From Octopus sinensis (lineage: Eukaryota), in contig NC_043003.1 of NCBI RefSeq assembly GCF_006345805.1, positions 97,650,001-97,714,000 of the forward strand: DNA of 64,000 bases, written 5' to 3'. Of the stretch, positions 1 to 12,212 are shown one piece after another; position 1 is the stretch's first letter; each line of letters starts with the position of its first letter. The notes beneath the pieces are model-generated. The model saw nothing but the letters and a program-made list of their open reading frames with translations. It was not told the DNA's origin and made no database searches. The translations under genes and the position numbers were made by a program.

Positions 1-345
1 TCTCTTTTATCTCCTTTTTTTTCTATCCGCTGGGTTTGTATTTTGTAGACGAAAAAGTGAGAAAGAGAATGTAACATTAAAGTACAAGACTATCGAAAAA
101 CACAGGTCTTTCTTCAAAACCCATTTCGGACAGACAACCGAAAACATGAGCGCGCCCATGCACGTGACACTATTTGTTCGCGTGTGCGTGCGCGCATGTA
201 TGTATGTACGTGTTATATATATATATAACTTATAAATAAGGCCTAACGAAAAAAAAAAAAGTTGTTTATAATTTTAACCTTTAAAGGTATTTTTTAATAT
301 GCTGGCCATTGATAAAAATTTTTTCAAAAAAATAATTATTCCTAC

Positions 346-347
346 AT

Positions 348-385
<38 letters not shown>

Positions 386-559
386 ATATATATAATGTCC
401 GCTATTTTATTTATTTATTAGTTACCACGGTACTGGTGTGTGTTTTTTCATTCAAAATTTAACTTTTCCTTACGTTCCATCGGTAAGCAGTAACTCCGAG
501 AAATGTTACATCAAAAATATGTTGCACATTATCATTTCTTTTATATAGAAATCGGTGAG

Positions 560-618
<59 letters not shown>
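346..618. repeat. (TA)n and (CA)n(TA)n microsatellites
   Basis: Visible dinucleotide runs at ~346-393 and ~560-618. Similar runs recur at ~4950-5006, 6108-6185, 6317-6385, 20228-20312, 24014-24060, 52017-52170 and 63930-63975. Confidence 0.95.
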
Positions 619-620
<2 letters not shown>

Positions 621-764
621 CCTTATTAAAATAGAAATCGTGGTAAAATATTTTGACCAACAAAAGCTTTTTTTATACAAGGAATTCCTGAAGAGTTTCC
701 AAGACACAGTTTCGAAAGGATCAAATTGCAACGACTATCCATGTTTGCAAACTCTCAAGCAATC

Positions 765-960
765 AATTGCACACATTAAAATGCTTAGTGGCAATTTCTT
801 CCGGTTTTTCATTTCTAAGTTCAAATTCCGCCGAAGTCTCTACTTTCGGGGTTGATAAAATAAGCACCAGTCGAGCATTGGGTGGGCTCCATGTAACCGA
901 CTAAACCCTCTTCGCTAATATTTCAAGCCTTGTGCCTATAACAAAAACAATTATTATTAC
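765..960 (+). mobile_element. Degenerate tRNA-headed SINE, family D (tail type 2)
   Basis: B-box-like AAGTTCAAATTCCGCCG and core TTTCGGGGTTGATAAAATAAGCACCAG match other D copies (24880, 43663, 52885). Tail reads ...AGCCTTGTGCCTATAAC. Confidence 0.6.
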
Positions 961-1982
961 TAAACTACTTTATGATGCTCCAAAATAAAACACTTGTTAT
1001 AGTTTTTTTATGTTTTAATTCATACTTTTAACTTAGTAGAAACTTATTATCTGATATCAAACTATGAGTATCACTAAACATTTGCTCTGGCGCCATCAGT
1101 CAAATTTCATCATATCCACCTCAGTCAGCGCAACATGCCCGCTACTTGTCCTGTGGAAAAACCCACCGATATTGTAATTTACCGGATTTTGCAACCATAA
1201 CGTACATATTATTATTATTATACTGTCAAGCAAAACCCAGTCAGCAGTATTAAATTATAGTTATTTGCAGCAGATAATTGAACAACGAACTGACTGGCAT
1301 GGTATTTTGAAAACGTAATAAACGATTTCTTAGAGTGACACCAAGGTTTTCAGTATTTTTATGCAAGAGGAAGGGAATGGAGATTGTGTTACGTTTATGC
1401 TTTTCTTTGAGGACATTAGCGACACAAGTGAATTGGCATTTCTCATTGTTTTTTTCCAAAGCGTGGATTGAATGAAGGAGCAGAATTTTTTTTAAAAAGT
1501 GTATAATTTGCTTGCAAAGGCTTCCAGATTTAATTTTTGAAAAGAGAGAGAGAAAAAAAAAGGAAATGCGTGACATTTCTGCCTTTCTCAAAGACATTTC
1601 CGTCATGTACAACAAGGTGTGTGATATCAGCGATAACCGGGAAATGAAAACCAGTGTTGAGGAAGGACTTACAGAACATAAAGCAGCCTATACTCGCACT
1701 GAAACATTGAAACTGTAATCATGGACATTATTAAATAAAGGCCAATACGCATATATGAGTAAAGGCTGGACATTCTGAAATTAGTTGGGTCTTACACGCC
1801 AGTTCTGAGTGGACAACATGAACGACCCGGGGTAAAAAAAAATAAATATGTAACGAAGATGGAGCCCGAGTTGCTAAATGGAATGATGTAGAGAAAGTGT
1901 AATAAAGAAGCCAATGGAAAATATTAATGGGCGTTTTCATATAACAGACGCTAAAGAGAAGGGAATGAATGAATAAAGGGGC

Positions 1983-2134
1983 AAAGAGACGGTGAGGTAA
2001 GGACCGCATTGTATTGAGTGGAGTAATATAATAAAGAGACGGTGAGGTAAGGATCGCAACGTATTGAGTGGAGTAATAATATGTATAAAGAGAAGGTGAG
2101 GTAAGGATCGCAATGTATTGAGTGGAGTAATAAT
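1983..2134. repeat. Minisatellite, 3 copies of a ~50-54 bp unit
   Basis: AAAGAGACGGTGAGGTAAGGA(C/T)CGCA..GTATTGAGTGGAGTAATA starts at 1983, 2033 and 2087. Confidence 0.9.
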
Positions 2135-2159
2135 AGACTGAAGAAAAAGCGGTGAGAAA

Positions 2160-2740
2160 GGGACAAATAGGACCAGGTACGGACGGACATTTCGAAGAGA
2201 AAGATGGATTAGATTATAGCTTGTTTCATTCAACCACAGAAAATACTGGATAGACAGACAGTTGAAGAAAACAAACACAGATATGGACGAATGTTGAAGC
2301 AGACAACGGATAGATAGAATAACAGCGGTAGAAATAGACAGATGGAAGTAACGAGAAAAACGGACGAATGCAGATAAAAGTGTTATATAGATAGAATTAG
2401 GTGGATAGATGACGAATACAATAAAGGACAGATGTCTGCAATGGGGAAAAAAATAACGAATATAATAAAGTAATTTCGAAATAGGTGGAGAGATAGATCG
2501 ATGGTTGTAGTGAGAAAGATGGACGAATGCAATAAACTAATAAATAGATGGATGGATGGATGTACAGAACAAAAACGACGAATAATTTAAATAACAGATG
2601 GCTGTAGTGGGGAAAAACAAAAACGAGGAATGTGAAAAACTAATATAGAAATAATTAGATGGGAGTAGTATGAAAAATAGACGAATGTAATATATATATT
2701 GATATGAAAATATCTGGATTACATTTAGCAACAAAACAGA
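2160..2740. repeat. Degenerate purine-rich minisatellite
   Basis: Recurring (G)GACGAAT(G) and AGATGGA/ATAGA words at irregular ~55-130 bp spacing. The + strand is strongly A/G biased. Confidence 0.55.
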
Positions 2741-2995
2741 CGTGGGCCACCGGTTTTAGAGAAAAATAAACACAAATGTTAGAAAGGACATGACTCGGGT
2801 TTGATTATGTTTCTTTATTTAAAGGGAGCGGGGATGAATTCCATTGTTGAATTTAATGCCAAACTTAATAACAAACATGAGGAATATTAAATGTTTACAT
2901 CCTTAATGTTTTCGCCTTCGTTTCTTTCATGACTACCTTCAAAGAGTGGGTGTAGATTGCGATAATAATTCTGCAATCAGTTTTTAGCCAGAGGC

Positions 2996-3256
2996 TGTGG
3001 CCCACACAGGGGCATTGCCATTAAAAATTGAGGTTCCAATGTTGGGAACCGAACCTGGGCCGCCTGGGTGAAAACCATATGTTGTGGCCACACAGGGGCA
3101 CTGCCATTAAAAATTGAGGTTCCAATGTTGGGAACCGAACCTGGGCCGCCTGGGTGAAAACCATATGTTGTGGCCACACAGGGGCACTGCCATTAAAAAT
3201 TGAGGTTCCAATGTTGGGAACCGAACCTGGGCCGCCTGGGTGAAAACCATATGTTG
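2996..3256 (-). repeat. 86-bp tandem repeat (3 copies) containing the 3' two-thirds of a tRNA-Glu(TTC)-like sequence followed by a T-run
   Basis: TTCCAATGTTGGG starts at 3034, 3120 and 3206 (period 86). The minus strand reads ATGGTTTTCACCCAGGCGGCCCAGGTTCGGTTCCCAACATTGGAA-CCTCAATTTTT, matching the eukaryotic tRNA-Glu(TTC) anticodon loop, T-arm and acceptor 3' strand. Confidence 0.8.
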
Positions 3257-4968
3257 ATAAAGAAAAAAAAAAAAACTCAGTAGAAAGGAGGAGTTTCATA
3301 CAGATCGTCCGGACTTCGTTAGCACAAATTTCTAAAAACTTCAGCATTTTCACTTTTTTTTTCTTCCTTAGATTTAGGTTGGCAACATCAAACTGAAATA
3401 ATCTACACACTCGAAAACCTATTTCTTATTTAAGAAAGATGCATTTTAAAAAAGAGAATCATGAGAAAGAAGAAAGTAAGGACAATGGTCAGAAACTAGT
3501 TTTAAAAAACTGTTATTGTTCTTTTTAAATACTATCAACATAATCGTTATCTGCAAAATTTCATTAAAAATATGTATTCTGAGAAAGTTATACGAAATCA
3601 GAGAGGCACCAATCTGTAGTTAACCCTAAATATGTATGTACATTTATGAGTATACACACACATACTTTTATAGGTTAAGTCAAGGGGTTAAGGAGTTTCG
3701 TATTTATTTTATCGTTCTCTATTTATCGAATGGCTAACTTACACACACACACACACACGCTGGTGTTCGTCGTACATCGAACTTCACTATGTGCAGAGTG
3801 TGAAGCAGAAAATGTTGGTCTTTTAGTAATCTGAGTTGATCAAACTCATGAGATCACAGCTAATGTTATTGATTTCTTACATATCACATGGCTTTCGATT
3901 CACGGGAGAGGTTTTGCAAATAGAAACGAGACTATATGTGGTTCATCATGCCTTTCACAACAGTATATATATATATAGCTAAACCACAGTGCGAAAATAA
4001 AAACAAAATGAAGATACGCTCGATGAAGCACACAGCCACACTCTTAACTAGCTGGCGGTTCAAATCAATTTACGTTAGAGAAAAAGAAAATGAAAGAGGT
4101 GACTTCTATGCCCTATACCTCTTTTAAACTACATCAAAAAAATGACTAACGTAAAAGACATAAGCAAGCATTAAACACTTAACTAAAGGAGGTAAAGTTG
4201 ACAACTTAATGAAAGAGATAGTAGTCGGTATGAAGGATTGCTGACTAAAATCTTAACAATAGAATCTGGTTGTTTCATATGAAGGGATCATTGAGCCTAT
4301 CGTCTTTCCCTTACATCCATCAATCCAGGATCGGTAGAAATAAGGTCCACGCATGTATTGGATCGATTTAATAACCCAACCATATACGCCCTGTGCTAGC
4401 TTAAAATTGAAATGACTGACACCTTCCGCGTGTTAAGTAATCATATCCTGGCATTAAAAAGAAGAAAAAGACTGTTTCTAGTTTTTATACGAGGAAGGAG
4501 GCTTTTACTGCAGTTTGCGAGAGAGGGGTCTAGCAGGAAATTGGACAGACGTTTATTGCCAGAACAAGCTAACCTGAAGATCCAATTCTTAGGAGAGATG
4601 TAATAAAAAAAACCCCACTTCCTGTATGCAAACCTGTGTCAATGAAAGAAAAGATCATTTCACTATCATATTATATAAACCGTCAAAATTTAATCATGGA
4701 ATAAAAACCACGCGTATTCACAACGATCGAGTGAACAATTCCAATTTTTACTAGTTTATTTATCTAATTTGTCTTTTCACCTTGCGCTGTATTGAACTCT
4801 TGATGTGGTTTTCAGAGTCAGGTTTTGACTGCTATTTCAAGTATGGTGGTATCTCTTAGATACCCTTATTCATAATTATAACCTATAAGGTTTTTCTCCC
4901 CATGCTGCCACTTGATTTGATCGTCAATTAAAATAACGATCTTATCCTTATTTATATATATATATACC

Positions 4969-5009
<41 letters not shown>

Positions 5010-6029
5010 GTAATATTTTTTTGCTAGTCTATTTTGTCCCTCTGTCTTATCTCATGGTGCGATATGAACATTTAACGTGGTTTTTAGAGTCAGGGATTTG
5101 ACTGCTATTTCGGCATGGTGGTGCCTCTCAGACAGCCTTATTTTTAGTTTTATATATATATATATATCTGTGTGTGAGGTCGTATGTGCATGCATCATGT
5201 CTGTTACCAGAATTCGATACACGTTTTGAATGAATGAATAAACGAAAATAAGTTCAATAAATAATAAATATATCATCACTTGTACAATGTTACATATCCG
5301 AATGTCGTCAGTTATACTAAATGAAAAGTCCGCTATATTCGACAAATTTGCACTTTTGTTTTTTTGTTTTAAATGAAAAAAGAAAAAAAACATTTAGAAA
5401 GAACAAAGACGTAATGCATAAGGATACATAATGGAAAATATTAGGAAAATACGTCTTTTTTCCGTAAAAAAAATACCTTGAAAAACTGCAGCATATCCTT
5501 ACATATTAGGGATCAAGAACAGTGATATTACTATACAGAGAGAGAGGAAGGTATTCTTAAAGAATGAAACAGGCAGAATTAGGTAGTGGTGGTGGTGGTC
5601 GGGGGGGGGGGACAAGACAAGAGGAGGATAAAACTTGAGAGAAAGAAAAGTGAAAGAATCGGGAAGAAATAATGAGTGAAAAGAAGGCGCAGTATGTAAG
5701 GGTGGTTTTGTTTCTGCGTAATGGAAATTTTCAAACACTAAAGCAAGGCGAAGAAGGGCAATTCGCTGACAGGGATGGAATTAAGTTTGAATATCAAACA
5801 AATGAATTGCTGGATGGAAGAAATGACTAATAATATCGAATGTTTCCATATATAAGTATAAAAAGCAAGTGCTTTTTATAAACTTCGTTTTGACAGCGCG
5901 ATACCGGTACATGCCCGAACACATAAACAAGTGTTGACGTTTAACAGCAGATGGTATTAAAAGGCCATAATGCATATAAGAGGTATGGCCCATATGTATA
6001 AAAGGCATGGCCCCCAAAGGAATAGAGTA

Positions 6030-6107
6030 TGTATTTTACTATATAGCCTCGGGCCGACCAAAGCCTTGTGAATGGATTTGGGACACGGAAACTGAAAGAA
6101 GCTCGCC

Positions 6108-6183
<76 letters not shown>

Positions 6184-6313
6184 CATATTTCAAAACAGAA
6201 AATTACCCTTTAACAGGTAATTTTTTACATGCTAGAAATAGCAGCCAAACACGGCCCAAAACCCCAATTTTATAGCAAATTTCGAAGTACATGAAAAATA
6301 AAAACCTTTACCT

Positions 6314-6386
<73 letters not shown>

Positions 6387-6545
6387 TTGTTTGTCTCCCC
6401 ACCATCGCTTGACAACCGATGTAGGTGTGTTTATGTCCCCGTAACTTAGCGGTTCAGCAAAAGTGACCGATAGGATAAGTACTAGAATAAGTCCTGGAGT
6501 CGACTTGTTCGACTAAAGGCGGTGCTCCAGCATGGCCGCAGTCTA
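6030..6545 (+). mobile_element. SINE family A fragment (head missing; internal microsatellite expanded)
   Basis: CTATATAGCCTCGGGCCGACCAAAGCCTTGTG...GAAAGAAGCTCGCCG, then TA/CA runs, then TGTCTCCCCCACCATCGCTTGACAACC...GGCGGTGCTCCAGCATGGCCGCAGTC. Confidence 0.8.
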
Positions 6546-6555
6546 TATAATATAT

Positions 6556-6660
6556 CAACCACATGGTTCTGGGTCCAGTCCTACTGTGTGACAACTTGGG
6601 CAAGTCTTGCGAGTGGATTTTGTAGATGGAAATTGAAAGAAGTCCGTGGTATGTATACAT
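6556..6660 (+). mobile_element. SINE family A 5' fragment
   Basis: AACCACATGGTTCTGGGTCCAGTCC...CTTGGGCAAG...GTGGATTTTGTAGATGGAAATTGAAAGAAG, ending in the TA microsatellite. Confidence 0.7.
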
Positions 6661-6662
6661 AT

Positions 6663-6707
<45 letters not shown>

Positions 6708-6710
<3 letters not shown>

Positions 6711-7570
6711 AGAGAGACGATTGCACTGGTATGGTCATGTGGCAAGAATGGATGAAAAAGAATGTGAAAAAGTGCCACACCCTAGCGGTTGGGGGAACCT
6801 GTGGAAGAGGTAGACCCATGAAAACCTGGGACGAGGTGGTGAAGCACAACCTTCGAACATTAGGCCTCACTGAGGCAATGACTAGTAACCAAGACCTTTG
6901 GAAATATGATGTGCGTGAGAAGACCCGGCAGGACAAGTGAGACCATAACCCGTGGCCTTTACCAGGGATGTAGCCAGCCCACTTATGCATACCTTTCCTT
7001 CTTTGGACACAAAACTCTGCTTGCGAAGACCTGTTGAGGCAAGTGAAATCGAACCAAATTCGACGACTGGCACCCATGCCAACCTCCCTTCATTGGACAC
7101 TAAACTCTGCTGGCGTAAACCTGTTGGAGCTAGTGAAATCGAAATTGAACCAAATTCGATGACTGGCACCCATGCCAGTGAAGCGCTAACAGCTCCATCC
7201 AAGTGGGATCACTGCCAGAGCGGCTGTCTGGCTTCCGTGCCAGTGGCATGTAAAAAGCACCATTTGAGCGTGATCGTTATCAGCGTTGCCTTACCGGCAC
7301 GTGAAAAAACATTCAAGCGAAGTCATTGCCAGTGATGCAAGACTGACTCCTGTGCAGGTGGCACGTAAAAAATAGCATTTCGAGCGTGGCCATTACCAGT
7401 TCCGCCAGACTGGCACGTAAAAGCACCCACTACACTCTCGGAGGGCATCCAGCCGTAGAAACTCTGTCAGATCAGACTGGAGCCTGGCGCAGCCATCTGG
7501 TTCGCCAGTCCTCAGTCAAATCGTCCAACCCATGCTAGCATGGAAAGTGGATGTTAAATGATGATGATGT
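6708..7570 (+). mobile_element. 5'-truncated RTE-clade LINE: ORF C-terminus, modular 3' UTR and (GAT)n tail (source of 'family B' ends)
   Basis: LHWYGHV followed by ...CHTLAVGGTCGRGRPMKTWDEVVKHNLRTLGLTEAM..DLWKYDVREKTRQDK* is the typical RTE C-terminus (W.GHV / GRP.K.W). The 3' UTR has repeated GGCACGTAAAA modules and ends CCAACCCATGCTAGCATGGAAAG..GTTAAATGATGATGATG. Confidence 0.85.
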
Positions 7571-7679
7571 ATAATATAAATATATGTATGTGTAATATAT
7601 ATAAATATATATATCAGATATAATACATATATATATATAATCTATAAATATATGTATATACATATAATATACATAATAC

Positions 7680-10600
7680 AGCTGAGCAAGAGTCTTTTTT
7701 GTGAATGGTGCAAAAGATTGTGCAGTAGCTACACCAAGTGCAAACAAGGAACCTTGCCCACCATTGTGCAAGACCACCACAGTCAACTGACACGTGATGG
7801 CCTCCCCTAATGCCTGCATAGTTGTTACGCCAATATCTTTACTAAATATTGGGGGCCTGTTGCATCATAACAAAAGCAAAATTTTTCTCCTGAGAGACCT
7901 TGCTGCATACAATGAAGCCCTATGCACAGCACGCATGGAAACTAACTTCAACCCTGATATGAAGGATGCAGAAGTACACGTACCAAACTATGCCATACTG
8001 CGAACAGACAGAATGGAAAGGAGCCACAGTGGAGTTGCTGTATACATCCGTGATGACTTCACACTTCAGTTCTTACTGTCATACTAAAATTCAGTATGTG
8101 ACACTCTAATTGTATACATAAGACAACACAATATAGATATATGCAATACATATTGCTCACCGGATGCTCCAAACCACATATGCAAGTTTGAAGATTGCCT
8201 CACAAGAATTAAAGAAATCCTCATGAAACTGGAATACCATGTGAGCATATTTCTTATGGGTTATTTCAACTTCCCCAACGTCAAATTGCCCGAAGGCCTC
8301 ATGCTCTCAAGAATGACTCATTGCAAACGAGCACAGGTGGAGTCCCTGCTCAACCTCATCATGGAGCAAGTTGTACTCAGACCAACTAGGGCAAATAACA
8401 TTTTAGATCTCTGCTTCACGAACAATAAGGACATCGTTTGTGATGCGAAAGTGACGCCAACATTAGTCTCGGATCACAACATAATGCAGCTGTCTATATC
8501 TGGGCCGAAAGTAGCCAGAGACATACAGCCTAAAGGAAGCACCTGAAATCTCTCCAATCTGAACTTCCACAAAGCAGACTGGAAATCGATCCAAAAAGCG
8601 ATCTTCACACAGGACTGGCTGAAATGTCTCTCCACACCAGACATTGGCATGAAACTAGAATATTTCATGTCTGTTGTGCAAACCATTTGCTAGAAATATG
8701 TCCCAGAGCACAAGGCCAAAACAAAGGGGAACAAGATTCCAAGAGAGAGGAAGATCCTGATGAGACAACGGACGAAGGTTGCAAATCACCTCAACCAACA
8801 TCCCAAAAATAGCAAAAGGTCCCGCCTAAAAACAACACTGATGGAGATTAAAAAAGCCTGCAACATTCCTATGTGAGGGAGAGAGCAGACAGAGAAGCCT
8901 GGGTTATAAAAAATCAAACCCAAAGGCCTTCTTTCATTATGCAAAAGAAACAGCCTCAGTATACTGCAAGATAGGACCCCTCTTCCAAAAGGATGGCTCC
9001 CACACAGATAGCCCAACCAGGATCAGTGAGGTATTGAATGACCAGTTCAAGTGTCTTTACCATCCCGTTGGAACACAGACAAGTGAACAAGCCAGTGGAC
9101 TTCTTTGCCACCTCATCTATAACCAGCAAGGCAGTTACAATGGAATACATTGATATTAGTGAAGAAGATATACTACTAGCCATAGATGAAGTGGACACAA
9201 ACTCAACTGCTGGTCCCGATGGTTTCCCAGCAATCCTCCTCAAATCGTGTAAGCATACCCAGGCAAAACCCCTCCAGATTGTCTTCCAGAGCTCTTTTGT
9301 AAATGGCAGGCTGCTAAGCAAGCTGAAGGAGGGAATAATATGCCTAATCCATAAAGGAGGAAGCAGAGCAGATGCCAAAAACTATAGGCCAATCTTTCTG
9401 GTTTCACATATCAGCAGAGTCATGGAATGGATAGTCAGAGGGAAACTAATCGCATTCCTTGAAGAAAATAACTTGCTGAGTGATACCCAGCATGGCTTAC
9501 AACATTATGACTGGGTGTTGAGGCAGTTACTCAACAACTCAAATGTGGACATAATACACCTTGATTTTGCAAAAGCTTTCAAGAAAGTGGATCATGGTAT
9601 GATATGCCACAACCTGCGTGATCTCAGCATAGTTGGAAAACTTGGAGAGTGGTTACATGACTTTCTGAAAGATAGAAAGTCAGGCAGTAGTGGCCAATGG
9701 AGCCACCACAATGAAAACAAAAATAGTGAGTAGTGTTCCACAGGGCGCTGTCTTGGGACCAATGCTGTTCATAGTGGCCCTCTCAGATATGCCCTCAAAT
9801 GCCCGGATAGCCACCCTTACTAGCTACGCAGACAATACAAAAGTCTCACAGAAAATACAGAACCCCAGCGATGTTGCACATCTGCAGCAGGAGTTGGATT
9901 CAATTTACAGATGGGCTGAGGATAATATGCAGTTTAATGCTCAAAAATTCCAAGCCCTGTGCTACAAGCATCCAAAACTGAATATTAAACTTAAGGGTAC
10001 AGTGGTCCACAGGGAATTACAATCCCAGAGCCTAAATCAGTGAGGGACCTGGGTATCAACATGCGTGATGATACCTCTTTCCAAGTGCACATTACCAGGA
10101 TGGCGACAAAGTGCAGACAACTGGCGGGCTGAATCCTGAGAACATTCAGAACCAGAGATAAGGAAACCATGATGGTCCTCTGGAGGACATTCATCCTCAG
10201 CCATCTGGATTACTGCTCCCAGCTATGGTCACCCAACAGTGTAAAATTAACAGCGGACCTTGAAGCAATCCAGCGAAGTTTCACAAAGAAGATCATCATT
10301 TTGCAACAGCTTAGCTACTGGGAAAGGCTGAAACAGCTAAGACTCTACACTCTGGAGCGAAGGCAGGAGAGGTATGCAGTAATATACATCTGGAAGATCC
10401 TGAAAGGAAATGTGCATAATTTTGGCACTGAAAGCCATACCAATGCTAGAACGGGTCGACACTCCACAGTGCCAAAGATCCCAGCAATGCCATTACACTT
10501 CAGGACCAGTTACTGCAACAGCCTGAGTTTCAGGCGTCCACAGCCTTTTAATATTCTCCCACAGAGCCTAAGGAACCGACACAAAGGTGTTTTCAAATCA

Positions 10601-10785
10601 AGAGTGGACCACGAGTCCCAGGTGAACCAACCTCATAGCAAGAGGAGCAAATGAGGGTAGCTACATCAAACTCCATCCTTCACCGAGTGCCATATGTTAG
10701 AGGAGGCTCTCAGTAACAAGTGTAACAAAACGGCAGTGCTCCAGCATGGCCATAGCTCTTAGCTGAAATGACAAAGTAAAAAAAC
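7680..10785 (+). mobile_element. Degenerate CR1/L2-group (Jockey-group) LINE, APE + RT
   Basis: APE motifs RTDR..GVAVYI, MGYFNFP, LDLCF, SDHN. RT motifs AGPDGFP, NYRPIFL, LDFAKAFKKVDH, VPQGAVLGP, YADNT. C-terminal LDYCSQLWSP and LYTLERR. The 3' tail at 10731-10784 ends in an A-rich run. Confidence 0.9.
7794..10654 (+). pseudogene. Frameshifted endonuclease-reverse transcriptase ORF of the CR1/L2-group LINE
   Basis: Motifs are spread over ORF-track pieces 7794-8087, 8223-8546, 9038-9733, 9690-10043 and 10169-10654, separated by stops and frameshifts. Confidence 0.85.
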
Positions 10786-10789
10786 AAAT

Positions 10790-10884
10790 ATATATATAAA
10801 GTACAGTATATAATTATATATATATATACACATATATATACATATATAATATATAAATATATATATAATACATATATTTATACT

Positions 10885-10921
<37 letters not shown>

Positions 10922-11205
10922 CTCTCTATATATATATACTGTATGTATATAATACATAAATACAATATAAATATATATACATATATATATAATGAATAAA
11001 TATATATATAATATATACATATATATATCATATATATAATATATAATTATATTAGATAAATATATCTATAATTACATTATATAAATATATATCTATAATA
11101 TATATAATATATAAATATAATATGTAAATATATATACTATATATATAATTATATTATATAAATATATCTATAATATATGTATAATAATATATATAATATA
11201 TAAAT
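10790..11205. repeat. Degenerate AT-rich (TA)n satellite
   Basis: About 400 bp almost entirely of A/T with TA periodicity. A similar tract lies at 7570-7680. Confidence 0.9.
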
Positions 11206-11208
11206 GTA

Positions 11209-11248
11209 GGCACAAGAGTGCCTGTGTGGTAAGTAGCTTGCTTACTAA
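11209..11248 (+). mobile_element. SINE family A tRNA-like head, 5' part; the body continues at 13628-13980
   Basis: GGCACAAGAGTGCCTGTGTGGTAAGTAGCTTGCTTACTAA matches the A head, and the sequence resumes AAGTAGTTTGCCTACCAACCACATGGTTCCGGG at 13628. Confidence 0.8.
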
Positions 11249-11663
11249 GTATTTGTTGGTATTTGGTTGCTTCAATTTAACAAGGTAAGATGTAGAGCTG
11301 TATAGCTCCCTCTCTGAAAAAAGGTCACCGTCAGGGTAAGTGATTTTGTTTTTTCTGAGCTGGGTAGAATTATTGTGCGCCTTATTTTTATTACAGTATA
11401 TTCTGCCCAGCTCTGGGGCATTTTTGCTTACTCTTGGCGGTGTTGTGATTGTGCTTGCTAACAAGCAAGTAAAGAAATTCAATGTGAATTTTACACAGCA
11501 GTTATTTTGGAAAAAAATTGGTGCTTGCAAGTTGTGCATGGTTTTGAACCCGGAAACGTTGGAAGTGCTTTACCAGGAGGATTACCAAGAGATTTGAAGG
11601 CTGTAAGTGGGCTGGTAGTACCGTGTAGCCTGAAAATTTTATTTCCTGCCGTGGAGAATTACT

Positions 11664-12029
11664 CTTTTACTTGTTTCAGTCATTTGAAACAAGTAAATTG
11701 GAGCACGGCCTTTAATCGAGCAACTTGACCCCAGGACTTATTCTTTTGTAAGTCCAGTAGTTATTCTATCGGTCTCTTTTGCCGAACCGCTAAGTAATGG
11801 GGACATAAACACACCAGCATCAGTTGTCAAGCAATGCTAGGGGGACAAACACATACATATATATATATGACAGGCTTCTTTCAGTTTCCATCTACCAAAT
11901 CCACTCACAAGGCTTTGGTCAGCCTGAGGCTATAGTAGAAGACACTTGCCCAAGGTGCTACGCAGTGGGACTGAACCCGGAACCATGTGGTCGGTAAACA
12001 AGCTACTTACCACACAGCCACTCCTGCGT
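11664..12029 (-). mobile_element. SINE family A, full length, nested in the 5' UTR of the ORF1-only element
   Basis: Complete from tail CTTTTACTTGTTTCAGTCATTTG to head ...CTTACCACACAGCCACTCCTGCG. A-box TGGCTGTGTGG and B-box GGTTCAGTCCC on the minus strand. Confidence 0.9.
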
Positions 12030-12212
12030 ATAATATTTATTCATTTTTCTGAACTGCTGTCTTCTCTTTCCTTTTGCTGAACAATTTAGTTGGACTAGTA
12101 TTTTATTTCTTCCAATTTTAGTTGAACTATGTTTTTATGTTATTGTGTTCAAAGACTTTTTGTTGTTTTTGGTTGAGTGACCTTTTTTCTTTTTTTGAAC
12201 TGTGTTATTGAC

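Noticed and set aside
160-172. CACGTGAC (E-box/CLEAR-like) near the window start; TGACGTCA at ~35744; ATTTGCAT at ~17785
   Set aside because: Single short motifs are expected by chance in 64 kb, and no linked gene or snRNA was found.
1512-1718. 68-aa ORF and nearby micro-exon-like splice signals
   Set aside because: Too short, with no recognisable product; indistinguishable from chance.
2996-3256. CRISPR-like array, or functional tRNA-Glu genes
   Set aside because: The units repeat head-to-tail with no unique spacers, the context is eukaryotic and there are no cas genes. The tRNA part lacks the D arm/A box and a pairing acceptor stem.
4130-4620. Possible highly decayed LINE coding remnant
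   Set aside because: Only vague peptide resemblance and many stops in all frames; no diagnostic motif.
6454-7077. 207-aa minus-strand ORF, and other antisense ORFs over LINEs (8956-9378, 12407-12799, 45404-45760, 50035-50445)
   Set aside because: These are shadow frames opposite recognisable TE coding sequence or spanning repeat junctions.
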